This document shows, one piece after another, positions 54,623-63,541 of a stretch of DNA of 64,000 nt. Origin of the DNA: Dehalococcoidia bacterium (GTDB lineage: Bacteria > Chloroflexota > Dehalococcoidia > Bin125); NCBI GenBank assembly GCA_965242565.1, contig OZ251457.1, forward strand, positions 2,904,653 to 2,968,652. The letters run 5' to 3'. The position numbers were made by a program, and so were the translations under genes. The first letter of the stretch is position 1, and each line of letters begins with the position of its first letter. Under the pieces are notes generated by a model, which was given only the letters and a program-made list of their open reading frames with translations, was not told the DNA's origin and did no database searches.

Positions 54623-57226
54623 TCAGGCGAGTTCTTTGTCAGAGTACCTTCGCACGCGGTTATGCCATTCCCGCAGCGTCTGAAGCGCTTCGTCGAGCTC
54701 CCTCGGATCGGGTGAACCATAGTTGGTGGTGACGATCTTGTCATGTCGCCGTGCCCAGATCGACACCTTGCTGTAGGAGGTTTGGAGTACCCGATTGTCC
54801 TTTTCCGAAACGTGTACGAGTAGGCGGAACATTTTTGGGTGGACTGCCATATCCGTCGGAGAAACGACTTTCTCAACGACAAGCTCGCGAACAGCTCGCT
54901 CCCAGGCTTCCGACAGTCTGCCGGCCCATTCCGCAGCTCGTTGCTCATACTCTTCCCCAGTGAGGCGGCCTCGAGCATTTTTGAGCTGAGCAAGGTCTTG
55001 TTCCAGTTGCCCTAGCCGTGTTTTCGTGTCCTTGGTTGGCCACGGGTGCCCATCTGAACATGCACCGGGAGTCACGCCACCTTTACGTTCCACAGTCCGT
55101 TTCGTGATCTCAACTCCGCGTTGGCCGGCTTCTAGAGCGAGAGCGCTAACGAAGGTGTGATCGTGCGTGAAGATGATCACTTGGCGGTCGATGGCGAAAT
55201 CCGCGAGTCGTGCAGCAACGCGAGCCCTGCGGTGCTGATCGAGCGATGACACGGGATCATCCAACACGATCGCCGAGTACGACCTGTCGAGAGTCGTGTC
55301 CGTGAAGAAGCCGGCCAACCCCAACGCAGTCTGTTCGCCTTCGCTGAGCACATTGTCCATCTGGTACGAGCGCTTGGCACCGTCAAGCGCGGGCTTGTTG
55401 GTGAGCTGTCCCTTCTGGCCGCCTGTGTCTTCGAGAATGACTCGCTCCAGGAGCAGGTTGTCCGCTTCTTTCGCGAAGCAACTCTGCACCTCGGGGGTGA
55501 CATACTCACGGGTGAGTCGTGTTGCCTCGGACGTGATGGCATTCGTGCGCGTTTGCCCTTTAGCCTTCTCGAGGCGTTTGCGTTCGGCCCGGCGAGCGAC
55601 TTCGCTCCGAATTGCCGCGCGTGCGCCGGCCATGAGCCGACTGTCTTGATTCTCCTTGATCCGGGTCTCGATGCCGCGAAGCTGCCGCTCATACGCGGTC
55701 TTATCGAGCTGCGCTGCCGATGCGCGCACGCGATCGGCTTCCGCGCGGAGTCCGTTGGCTTGAGAATCGCTCGGAACGGCATCCAACGCTTCCGCCAAAT
55801 TGCCACGTTCGATCGCGCGGACAACGTTCTGAAACGCTGTGATTTGTTCGCGGGATTGGAGAGCGAGCCCCTGATCGATCCTTTGGACGTGATCGAGAGC
55901 GACGGCCACATCGGTTGGTTCGATTGCCGCGGATCGCACTTGGGTTTCGGCAGTGTTCGCATCGCTCTCGGCGGCTTGCGCCTGTCGCTCTGTGCGATCT
56001 TGTACGGCTGCCTCGAAGCGGCGCAGGCGCGCCTGGGCCTCGTCAGATAGATCTTGATGGCAGAGCACGCACTTCGAGTCTGCGCCGAGGCGCGGGAACG
56101 TATCGCCCGGATAAGCGTCCGTTTCCGAGAAGCTGCGAGCAGCTTCCCAGAGCGCGCGCCACGTTTCGGAGCCGACCCCGGTTACTGGCTGGTCGCCTGA
56201 GGATTCTTGCGCGGCGATCGTGGCAGCTGCTCGCAGCTGCTCTGCTTTCACCTTCTTTTCGGCGAGCGCGGTGATCGCGTCGCGGCTGAGGTCTTTGTCG
56301 AGAGACGTCAGGTGATTCGCGAGTACGTCGAGGGCGCTCGCAAAATCCTCCAGGCGTTCGCGTTCGCGCGCAGGGCCCGAAGCTTGCAGGGTGTGAGCTT
56401 GCCGTTCTAGCGCCTCGATCTCAGCGTCAACATCGGCGGCAACCCGACAAGCGCGTGCTATCTCGTCGTTCGTCGTCGACGGCGAAAGCTTGCCCAGAAA
56501 GCGGGCTGCTTGGCCGTCTGGTGAAACGCTTGGCAGCGTTGTTGCTCTGTTCTCGTTTTCGCCGAGCAGCCGATCGAGCTCGGCCCTGACTCCGTCGCAT
56601 GCGCGACTGAGGCCGTCGAACAAGTTGAGCTCTGCTGGTCGGTACGTGACCTCTGACTCCTTCGTCAAGAACGCTTCGCCGCAGCTCTCGTCAAAGAAGC
56701 CGATCCGGCTTGCTGCTGGCGGGACATCTGCCCACTGACACCGGATGGCCTCTTCACCATGAAGTGAAATGCCGACCTCAGCTCGAGGCGAAGAATCTGT
56801 GCTGGTCGCGAAGATGTCCGGCAGGACCGGTTCGGTGACTCGAGCCCGTGAGATCTGCTTGATCAATCGGGCATACCCGGATTTGCCACTTCCGTTGTCT
56901 CCGTAGACGACCGTCAGGCCCGTCGGCGCGAATGTGAGCGTCTCGCCAGCTGCGAGCGCGTTCACGTTGACCGTCTGGGCTATCTCGACCAAGCCAACGG
57001 CACCGCTGGTCTCGCGCCCTGCGGCAGCGGCGAGCGTGAACGTAGCTTGTGGGTCATCGTCGCCCGCAGCGAGCCGTTCAGCGATTGCTCGATGATCAGC
57101 CGCGCCGAGGGTTTCACCCTGCGCGAGTCTGCTCAGGACGCGACGCTGCCATCCCGGGCGGCCTTCAGCCCATTTGACGAGGTCCGACGCGATCGAAGAC
57201 ATGTGGGCAGAGTACCACACCGACAC
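54623..57226 (-). CDS. Rad50/RloC-like ABC-type ATPase with a ~500-aa coiled-coil insertion and a mid-coil CxxC zinc-hook-like motif, plus a C-terminal ~200-aa domain of unknown function (possible nuclease)
   Basis: Walker A GDNGSGKSG (aa ~110). The ABC signature-like LSEGEQ, Walker B/D-loop AIVLDDPVSSLD and H-loop IIFTHD are all near aa 620-680. CVLCH sits at aa 386-389, midway between Walker A and the signature motif. The 3' end of the gene is markedly lower in GC (~52%). Confidence 0.65.
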   Translation of the reverse strand: MSVWYSAHMSSIASDLVKWAEGRPGWQRRVLSRLAQGETLGAADHRAIAERLAAGDDDPQATFTLAAAAGRETSGAVGLVEIAQTVNVNALAAGETLTFAPTGLTVVYGDNGSGKSGYARLIKQISRARVTEPVLPDIFATSTDSSPRAEVGISLHGEEAIRCQWADVPPAASRIGFFDESCGEAFLTKESEVTYRPAELNLFDGLSRACDGVRAELDRLLGENENRATTLPSVSPDGQAARFLGKLSPSTTNDEIARACRVAADVDAEIEALERQAHTLQASGPARERERLEDFASALDVLANHLTSLDKDLSRDAITALAEKKVKAEQLRAAATIAAQESSGDQPVTGVGSETWRALWEAARSFSETDAYPGDTFPRLGADSKCVLCHQDLSDEAQARLRRFEAAVQDRTERQAQAAESDANTAETQVRSAAIEPTDVAVALDHVQRIDQGLALQSREQITAFQNVVRAIERGNLAEALDAVPSDSQANGLRAEADRVRASAAQLDKTAYERQLRGIETRIKENQDSRLMAGARAAIRSEVARRAERKRLEKAKGQTRTNAITSEATRLTREYVTPEVQSCFAKEADNLLLERVILEDTGGQKGQLTNKPALDGAKRSYQMDNVLSEGEQTALGLAGFFTDTTLDRSYSAIVLDDPVSSLDQHRRARVAARLADFAIDRQVIIFTHDHTFVSALALEAGQRGVEITKRTVERKGGVTPGACSDGHPWPTKDTKTRLGQLEQDLAQLKNARGRLTGEEYEQRAAEWAGRLSEAWERAVRELVVEKVVSPTDMAVHPKMFRLLVHVSEKDNRVLQTSYSKVSIWARRHDKIVTTNYGSPDPRELDEALQTLREWHNRVRRYSDKELA

Positions 57227-57311
57227 CGGATCGGATCACCCAGCCATCAACGTTTCGAGACTGGCCAAGGCGAGGAGCGATGGGAGGGAACGCTTTGGGC
57301 TGGCCCATGGG

Positions 57312-60149
57312 TTAGAGGCGCCGGTTGGAGACGACGGGTTCGGAGGCGAGCAGGCGACGCAGCGGCTCCAGGTTGGGGAGGTCGAGGATCTCAGCGAGAC
57401 CGTCGTCGAGCTTCGCTCGGGCGGGGTCGTCGGCCATTTGGGGGAGGGGCAGGAACTCGACCTCGGCCATTTCGTTGAAGAGGGCGTGGAGGGCGTCGAG
57501 CTGGTCCTGCGTGAGTTGTCGGACGTCGAGGATCGGCATTTGGGCGAGGTCGGCTTTCTTCAGCTTTACCCATGGTCCTCGAGTTGTGTTCCGCGTGGCG
57601 AGCAGGGATAGCAGTCCCAAGCTGCTGTTGAGCCAGAGCGCCAACGGTCGTTCGCGTCCCGTATCACCGACATTGACCGGCCAGAACACATTCGACAGCA
57701 CCTGCCGCTCCGTGCAGATTGCGATGGTGCGGCAAGTGTTCAACCACAGGCGCTCGCCGATCAGGAGTTTGCCCGCCTTCGGCCAGAGCAGGTCGAGCGG
57801 CTTGAGCTTTCGTCGCGGTCTGGGCGTCGTCAAGGGCGAGAGGTAGTTGTCCGGTTCGGCGAGCAGCCTGGTGCGTTTGTCGGTATCGTGGCCGTCGATC
57901 ATCTCGTAGGCGGTGACGCTTTGCGTTCGCTCGAAGCCGTCCCACACATCGCGCACATCGGGCCCGATCTGCCCGAGTTCGGTCAGGGTGGTGAGCGGTA
58001 TCGAACCGACCTCTCTCGCACCGGGCATTCGCACGCTTCCGTCGCGCAGTACTCGCGACGCGATGCGTGTCACGTCCGCTCGCGCGAACTGCACGCCCAG
58101 CCACCGCTCGCCCAGGATCTGGTCCGACGGCATCAGCAGCACTTCGCCCATGTGCCGATCATCGACCGACAGGAGCGATGTACCGTCTGCGTCGATGCGC
58201 GCCGGAGCGATCGTCTCAACGGCTTGCGCGATCTTCTGGGCGTCGATGACGCCTCGGGGATTGCGCCAGAGGCTGACGAAGCGCGTCTCGTAGTCGGGCG
58301 GGTCGCCGTTTTCGCGGCGGCGGGTGGCGATCAGCAGGGCCTCAGAGAGATCGGTGCTGTCGGAGAAGTTCCAACGTTCTGGGTCGTGGGACGCGATCAC
58401 GGTGTCAATCGTGAAATCGCGCTCGATCAGGGAGCGCGTTTGTTGCCATGAGGGGCCGGTGCAGACCGTGAGCGGCAGCACGAGGGCGAGCCGGCCTTCG
58501 CCGGGGCGCAGTTTCGGCGCGGCGGCGGCGACGAACGCGGAGCCGAGGCCGGCGGTGACAGCGCCGTTGCGGGTCTTGAGTCGGCGTTTGAGCTCGGCCT
58601 GGAGTTTGCTTCGTTCCGGCTGGGGGAGGCTGCCGAAGAGCAGGTTGCCGCCGACGGAGCGGGTGAACGGAGGGTTCATGATCACGAGGTCGAGGTCGGG
58701 CAGTCTGACGGTGACGCCTTCGGCGGCGCCCTTGAGGCCCTCGCCGCTGACGCGCCCGACGTCCTGAGGGACGATGGCGAGATCGCCGCCGCCGCCGAGC
58801 GACATTTGCACGGGGGCTTCGCGGCTGCCGAGGAATTCGAGCGAGCCGAGCCGGATGTTGTCGCTCTCAACGCCGAGCGGCATCGTGTAGAGGTTCATTT
58901 TGTCGAATTGGATGTCGGGGTTGAGCAGGGCCAGGCTGGTGGCGGCGAAGTGGATGGCGGAGAGTTGCACATCGAAGCCGATCAGCGCCTGTTCGACAAG
59001 GTGTTTGTGCAGCGAGGGGATGTCGCGTCCGCCGGCGTCGGCATGGCGGCGTTGCGTTTCGGAGGCGACGGCCATCAGCAGCGTGCCGGTGCCGCAGGCA
59101 AGGTCGGCCACGTTGAGCGAGGCGGGGAATTCGTGATCGCTCCAGTCGACATCCTTGGGCCAGCCGTCGAAGACGAGGTGGGCGAGCATCGCGGCGGCGG
59201 GTACCGAGGTGTAGTAGGCGCCACTGAATTTGGCGTCGGAGAGGAGTGTGTGGAAGAGGCGGCCGGAGAGGTCGTGGCCTTCGAGGTGGCGGGTTTTGTG
59301 GACCGCTTCAAGCAGCGGACGCAGGACGGGCTGTTGGTGTTCGGGATCGCCGTAGGCGAGCACGCGCAGGATTTCTCTGGCGACCTCGAAGACGGGCACG
59401 TAGTCGATGTCGGTGCAGATCTCCTCCCAAGCCGCTTGCAAGGGTTTGGCGCCCTCGGCGGCGACTTCCTCGACGGAGGGGATGTCGTCGCGCACGAGCG
59501 CGAGCCGGCGGTGGAACGCAAGCGCGTTGAACAGCACCAGGCAGCCGATTCGCTTGCCCGCTTCGCGTTCCTTTTCGTCGGCCGTTTCGGCGACGACTTC
59601 GGCGACGAGTCGGGCGACGCGGGCGTGGGTGTTGAGGCCGCGGACGGCCTCGGTGAGCGCGTAGCCGACTTCGAGCGTGGCGGCGTAGACGCGGTCGGTA
59701 CCCTCGATCTCGAGCGGGAGCAGGCGCAGCTGGGCGGCCAACGCCTGCACCTGGCCTTTGCGCAGGATCGGATCGTCGTAGATCTCGGCGCGGGAGCTGT
59801 GCAGGTACCACTCGAGATCGCTGAGCCAGCTGAGCACGTCGCCGACGTCGTCTTCGACTTTGAGGTAGTCGGGGTAGAGCACGCCGAGGCGAGCGATGGC
59901 GTCGGGGAAGTCGTCCACGCGCTCGGCGAGTTGGCGGTCCAGCTCGGTGCGGCTGCCCTCCCACTTGCACTCGATCAGGATCAGCTCGCCGGAGGGCAGC
60001 TCGAAGCGGAGGTCGGGTGCGTCGCCGTCGCTGCGGCGCTCGGCGCGGGCGGGGATGCCGCGCGCTCTGAGTAGCTCGCCGAGCAGCACGTTGACGGCTT
60101 CTTCGCGGACGGTTTCGCCGCTGTGGGCGCGTTTGGAATGGGATGGCAT
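57312..60149 (-). CDS. Type IIG (MmeI-like) restriction-modification enzyme: N-terminal PD-(D/E)xK nuclease motif, gamma-class N6-adenine MTase, C-terminal target-recognition region
   Basis: D46...E60-C-K62 in DLRFELPSGELILIECKWEG. MTase motif I DLACGTGTLL precedes motif IV VIMNPPFT (NPPF). Length is 945 aa. Confidence 0.7.
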   Translation of the reverse strand: MPSHSKRAHSGETVREEAVNVLLGELLRARGIPARAERRSDGDAPDLRFELPSGELILIECKWEGSRTELDRQLAERVDDFPDAIARLGVLYPDYLKVEDDVGDVLSWLSDLEWYLHSSRAEIYDDPILRKGQVQALAAQLRLLPLEIEGTDRVYAATLEVGYALTEAVRGLNTHARVARLVAEVVAETADEKEREAGKRIGCLVLFNALAFHRRLALVRDDIPSVEEVAAEGAKPLQAAWEEICTDIDYVPVFEVAREILRVLAYGDPEHQQPVLRPLLEAVHKTRHLEGHDLSGRLFHTLLSDAKFSGAYYTSVPAAAMLAHLVFDGWPKDVDWSDHEFPASLNVADLACGTGTLLMAVASETQRRHADAGGRDIPSLHKHLVEQALIGFDVQLSAIHFAATSLALLNPDIQFDKMNLYTMPLGVESDNIRLGSLEFLGSREAPVQMSLGGGGDLAIVPQDVGRVSGEGLKGAAEGVTVRLPDLDLVIMNPPFTRSVGGNLLFGSLPQPERSKLQAELKRRLKTRNGAVTAGLGSAFVAAAAPKLRPGEGRLALVLPLTVCTGPSWQQTRSLIERDFTIDTVIASHDPERWNFSDSTDLSEALLIATRRRENGDPPDYETRFVSLWRNPRGVIDAQKIAQAVETIAPARIDADGTSLLSVDDRHMGEVLLMPSDQILGERWLGVQFARADVTRIASRVLRDGSVRMPGAREVGSIPLTTLTELGQIGPDVRDVWDGFERTQSVTAYEMIDGHDTDKRTRLLAEPDNYLSPLTTPRPRRKLKPLDLLWPKAGKLLIGERLWLNTCRTIAICTERQVLSNVFWPVNVGDTGRERPLALWLNSSLGLLSLLATRNTTRGPWVKLKKADLAQMPILDVRQLTQDQLDALHALFNEMAEVEFLPLPQMADDPARAKLDDGLAEILDLPNLEPLRRLLASEPVVSNRRL

Positions 60150-60180
60150 GTGGGCGATTGTCGCATATGCGGGCGCGGCG

Positions 60181-60801
60181 TCAGCGCGACGCCGCCAGAA
60201 CTACCCCCGCCCGCCCGCTCCCTTTGACCAGTCGGCCCGCCCAGCGCGTCGACGGCGCGTCCGACGCCTCCAGCCAGCCGCAGGAGTCGATCGCAAACCC
60301 CGCCGCCGCCAGCGGCCCGCGCAGCCCTGCGTCCAATGATGTCGGCGTCGGCGGCGCGCAGCCCGGCGGGGCTGCTTCGGCATTCAGGATGAGCTCTACG
60401 TCAGCCTGATCTGCGCAGAGGTGGTCGGCGAGCGCGGCGAACGCTGCGGCGTCCTCCAGGATCAGCCGGAGCAGCGCCGCCCAGGGGAAGTGAACGGTGA
60501 GCCGCCGCGCCGCGCCCTCCAGCTCCGGCGGCGGGCGCTGGGCATCGGCGGCTGCGAAGATGGCATTCGGCGCGCCGCCGCGCTCCGGGCGGCGCGCAGC
60601 GCGTTGCGCCGCTCGCCGCAGCGCGTCGCGGTCCGTGTCCAAGCCTACCGCCAGCCAGTCGGGGTGCTCGCGCGCGAAGCGCCGCACGTGCCCGCCGTCG
60701 CCGCAGCCCAGGTCGAGCAGCAGCGCCTGGTACGGGGAGCGCAGCGCCGCCCACTCCGCCGCGTCGCAGCGCCGCCCCCCGGAGCGCGTCATCAGTTCCA
60801 C
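60181..60801 (-). CDS. small class I SAM-dependent methyltransferase. First gene of the three-gene minus-strand group, 31 bp upstream of the Type IIG gene
   Basis: Motif I LLDLGCGDGGHV. Size and FPW-containing pattern are reminiscent of small rRNA/tRNA methyltransferases, but the substrate is unknown. Confidence 0.55.
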   Translation of the reverse strand: MELMTRSGGRRCDAAEWAALRSPYQALLLDLGCGDGGHVRRFAREHPDWLAVGLDTDRDALRRAAQRAARRPERGGAPNAIFAAADAQRPPPELEGAARRLTVHFPWAALLRLILEDAAAFAALADHLCADQADVELILNAEAAPPGCAPPTPTSLDAGLRGPLAAAGFAIDSCGWLEASDAPSTRWAGRLVKGSGRAGVVLAASR

Positions 60802-60881
60802 GCCGCCAGCCTACGCGCGACGCTGCGGCGCCGGGCGATTAGACTTGGGCGGCGATTGCCGAACAGAGGAAGAGCCGCATC

Positions 60882-61994
60882 ATGCCTACGCCCGCCCGCG
60901 TCGTGTTTCTGCCCCAGGAAGACGCCCCGCTCGCCGTCGAACACGTCGAACTGCCCGACCCCGGGCCGCTTCAGGTCGTTGTGCGCCAGTTCGCCAGCGG
61001 TATCTGCCACTCGCAGCTGCACCAGATGCACAACCCGCGCCCCAGCGACCAGGTGCTCGGGCACGAGGCGACGGGCGAGGTGATCGCCGTGGGCTCCGAG
61101 GTGACCAACGTCGCCGTGGGCGACATCGTGTTCGTGACCTGGGTGCCGCGCGATCCGTCGGTCGCCGCCCGCGCGGTGGAGGAGATCAGCATCGAGCGCC
61201 CCAACGGACGCCGCGCCACCACGCGCAATGTGTTCACCTGGGCCGACCACACGATCGCCGACGAGAAGTACATCGTGAAGGTGCCGCAGGACACGCGGCG
61301 CGATGTGACCTCGATCATCGGCTGCGCGGTGCTGACCGGTTCGGGGGCGGTCTACAACACAGCGGCGGTCCGCGAGGGCGACTCGGTCGCGATCTTCGGC
61401 GTCGGCGGCGTCGGCCTCTCCGCCGTGGTCGCGGCTTCCGTGGTCAAGGCGGATCCGATCATCGCCGTCGACCTCGACAACGAGAAGCTGGAGTTCGCCA
61501 AGCGGTTCGGCGCGACGCACGGGGTGAACGCGGGCGGCGGCGATGCGATCGAGCAGGTCAAGGCGCTCACCGCGGGCGCGGAGGGCGTCACCACCAGCTT
61601 CGGCGAGCCCGTCTCCGGCGTCGACTTCGCCTTCGACTGCATCGGGCGCGAGGTCACGATGGGCCAAATTCTCCGCGCGGTGCGCCCCGGTGTGCTGGGC
61701 GACGAGGGCGGCGGCACCGCGGTGCTGGTCGGCGTGCCGCAGTCCGGTCTCCGGTTCAGCGAGGATGACATGCGGGGGCTGCTGATCAATGAGAAGCGCT
61801 ACATCGGCTCGATCGGCGGTTCGTGTCGGCCGGATCGGGATTTCCCGATGTTTCTGGCGTGGTCCGACGATGGGGCGCTGGATCTGGACGCGATGGTGAC
61901 GGAGCGCTTCACGATCGGGCAGATCAACGAGGCGACGACGGCGCTGGAGCACGGCGAGATCTTCGGCCGGGCGATCATGGAGTTTGACGACTAG
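60882..61994 (+). CDS. zinc-dependent alcohol dehydrogenase (MDR family)
   Basis: GHEATGEV, the Rossmann AIFGVGGVGLS, and ADH-like overall sequence. Confidence 0.8.
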   Translation: MPTPARVVFLPQEDAPLAVEHVELPDPGPLQVVVRQFASGICHSQLHQMHNPRPSDQVLGHEATGEVIAVGSEVTNVAVGDIVFVTWVPRDPSVAARAVEEISIERPNGRRATTRNVFTWADHTIADEKYIVKVPQDTRRDVTSIIGCAVLTGSGAVYNTAAVREGDSVAIFGVGGVGLSAVVAASVVKADPIIAVDLDNEKLEFAKRFGATHGVNAGGGDAIEQVKALTAGAEGVTTSFGEPVSGVDFAFDCIGREVTMGQILRAVRPGVLGDEGGGTAVLVGVPQSGLRFSEDDMRGLLINEKRYIGSIGGSCRPDRDFPMFLAWSDDGALDLDAMVTERFTIGQINEATTALEHGEIFGRAIMEFDD

Positions 61995-62449
61995 CCCTCA
62001 AGGCGGCTCAGCTCTGCGGCGACTTCGTCGGCGGTGACGGTGCGGGTGATCGCGCCGACGGCGTGGTTGAGGGTGATCTGTCGGATTTGCGAGTCCCGAG
62101 CGATGACGCGCTCGATTTCACGCTCGTGTTTGAGGATGAGTTGGAGTTGTTCGTCGGCGTCTCCAGAGCCGAGCTGTTCCTGGCGAAAGCGGAGTTGAAT
62201 GATCCGGAGGCCGTTTCGCATCGCGCGGAGAGCGGGCAGGCGCGCGCCGCGCTTAGCGTAGCGGTCTTTCGTGACGATCGCGTCGTAGTCGTGCGCCACT
62301 GCAAACGCCAGCACGACCGCGTCGGGCTGATTGTCGAGTCTGAGCGGCTTGGCGTGATCGGCCTGCCAGCCGCGCTCGCGCAGCGGGGCCGCCACCGCTT
62401 CAGCGATGTTCTCATCCAGCAGCAGGCGTATGGACCTGGGCAGCGTCAT
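61991..62449 (-). CDS. DUF5615-family (PIN-like) putative toxin
   Basis: N-terminal IRLLLDENI pattern. Paired with and overlapping the upstream DUF433 gene. Duplicate of 63086..63541. Confidence 0.65.
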   Translation of the reverse strand: MTLPRSIRLLLDENIAEAVAAPLRERGWQADHAKPLRLDNQPDAVVLAFAVAHDYDAIVTKDRYAKRGARLPALRAMRNGLRIIQLRFRQEQLGSGDADEQLQLILKHEREIERVIARDSQIRQITLNHAVGAITRTVTADEVAAELSRLEG

Positions 62450-63047
62450 ACAGCGCCTGTTCAAATTCGAGAATGCGGCGCGCCTGATAGACGGTCAGCC
62501 CGTATTCGTCGACCATCTGCTCGGTGTGCGACGCGGTGGGGTAGGTGTTCGCAAGCATCGCCGTGCGCAGCCGGCGGGCGCGGGCGGTCGGCTCGCCTGC
62601 GCAGTAGTTTGGGCGCATTTCCACGGCGTCGGCGAAGCGGAAGAGGCGTCCGAGGGGGCCTTCGTGGCGGCGTTCGCTCCAGAAGCGTTGGAGGTCGATC
62701 TCGGTGGGCAGCGCCGCCTCGAGCGCGCGCTGGGGGAGGGTTGCGGCCCACTGGGGGCAGGCGTCGTCGAGGCGGGCGAGCGCGTCGGGGAGGTGGGCCT
62801 CGGCGAGGCCGAGTTCGAGCAGCTTGGCGGCGGCGAGGACGCGGTGGTGGTCGTTCCAGCTGTAGTACCAGGGCGGGTCGCCGAACTCCTCGCGATCCGG
62901 GTCGTCGTTGATCACCGAGGCAGGCAGCAAACCTTCCGCGCGCCAACGCTCGAGCTGCTCGGGATCCAACCCCGAAAGCCCGGCGACGATGGCCGGCGAG
63001 ATCGCGCCTTCGTCGCGCAGCGGATCGGACTCTGCGTGACAGCTCAT
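62412..63047 (-). CDS. DUF433-domain putative antitoxin with a long N-terminal extension
   Basis: C-terminal DUF433-like HTEQMVDEYGLTVYQARRILEF. Overlaps the downstream DUF5615 gene. Near-identical nucleotide copy at 63800..64000. Confidence 0.6.
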   Translation of the reverse strand: MSCHAESDPLRDEGAISPAIVAGLSGLDPEQLERWRAEGLLPASVINDDPDREEFGDPPWYYSWNDHHRVLAAAKLLELGLAEAHLPDALARLDDACPQWAATLPQRALEAALPTEIDLQRFWSERRHEGPLGRLFRFADAVEMRPNYCAGEPTARARRLRTAMLANTYPTASHTEQMVDEYGLTVYQARRILEFEQALYDAAQVHTPAAG

Positions 63048-63085
63048 TGCATTCGTCTTTCGTCGTCGCTCTCAGCGTAGACGGC

Positions 63086-63541
63086 TCAGCCACCCGTATC
63101 ACGCGGCTCCAGGCGGTGCAGTGCAGCGGCCACCTCGTCGGAAGTGATGGTGCGGGTGATGCCGCCGACATCGTGGTTGATGATCAACAGGCGGATATCC
63201 GAGTTGGGGGTGATCGCTTGCTCAATTATGGGTAGGTGGTCGAGGATCAGCTGGAGCTGCGCCTCGGTCGATCCTGCGGCGGGCGCATTCTGTCGAAAGC
63301 GGAGTTGGATGATGCGCAAGCCGCCGTTCATGGCGCGAAGCGCCGCGAGGCGATCCTCACGTTGGCTGTAACGATCCTTGGTGATGATGGCGTCGTAGCC
63401 GCGAGCGACAGCGAACGCGAGGACGACAGGGTCAAGCGCGCTGGTCAGTTCCAAGCCATGCAGGTGGTCCACCTCGATCCCGCGTTGCCGCAGGGCCGCT
63501 TCGAGGCTGGGCGCCATGTTCTCATCCAGCAGCAGGCGCAT
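63086..63541 (-). CDS. DUF5615-family (PIN-like) putative toxin, second copy
   Basis: MRLLLDENMAPSLEAALRQRGIEVDHL...; paralogue of 61991..62449. Confidence 0.65.
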   Translation of the reverse strand: MRLLLDENMAPSLEAALRQRGIEVDHLHGLELTSALDPVVLAFAVARGYDAIITKDRYSQREDRLAALRAMNGGLRIIQLRFRQNAPAAGSTEAQLQLILDHLPIIEQAITPNSDIRLLIINHDVGGITRTITSDEVAAALHRLEPRDTGG

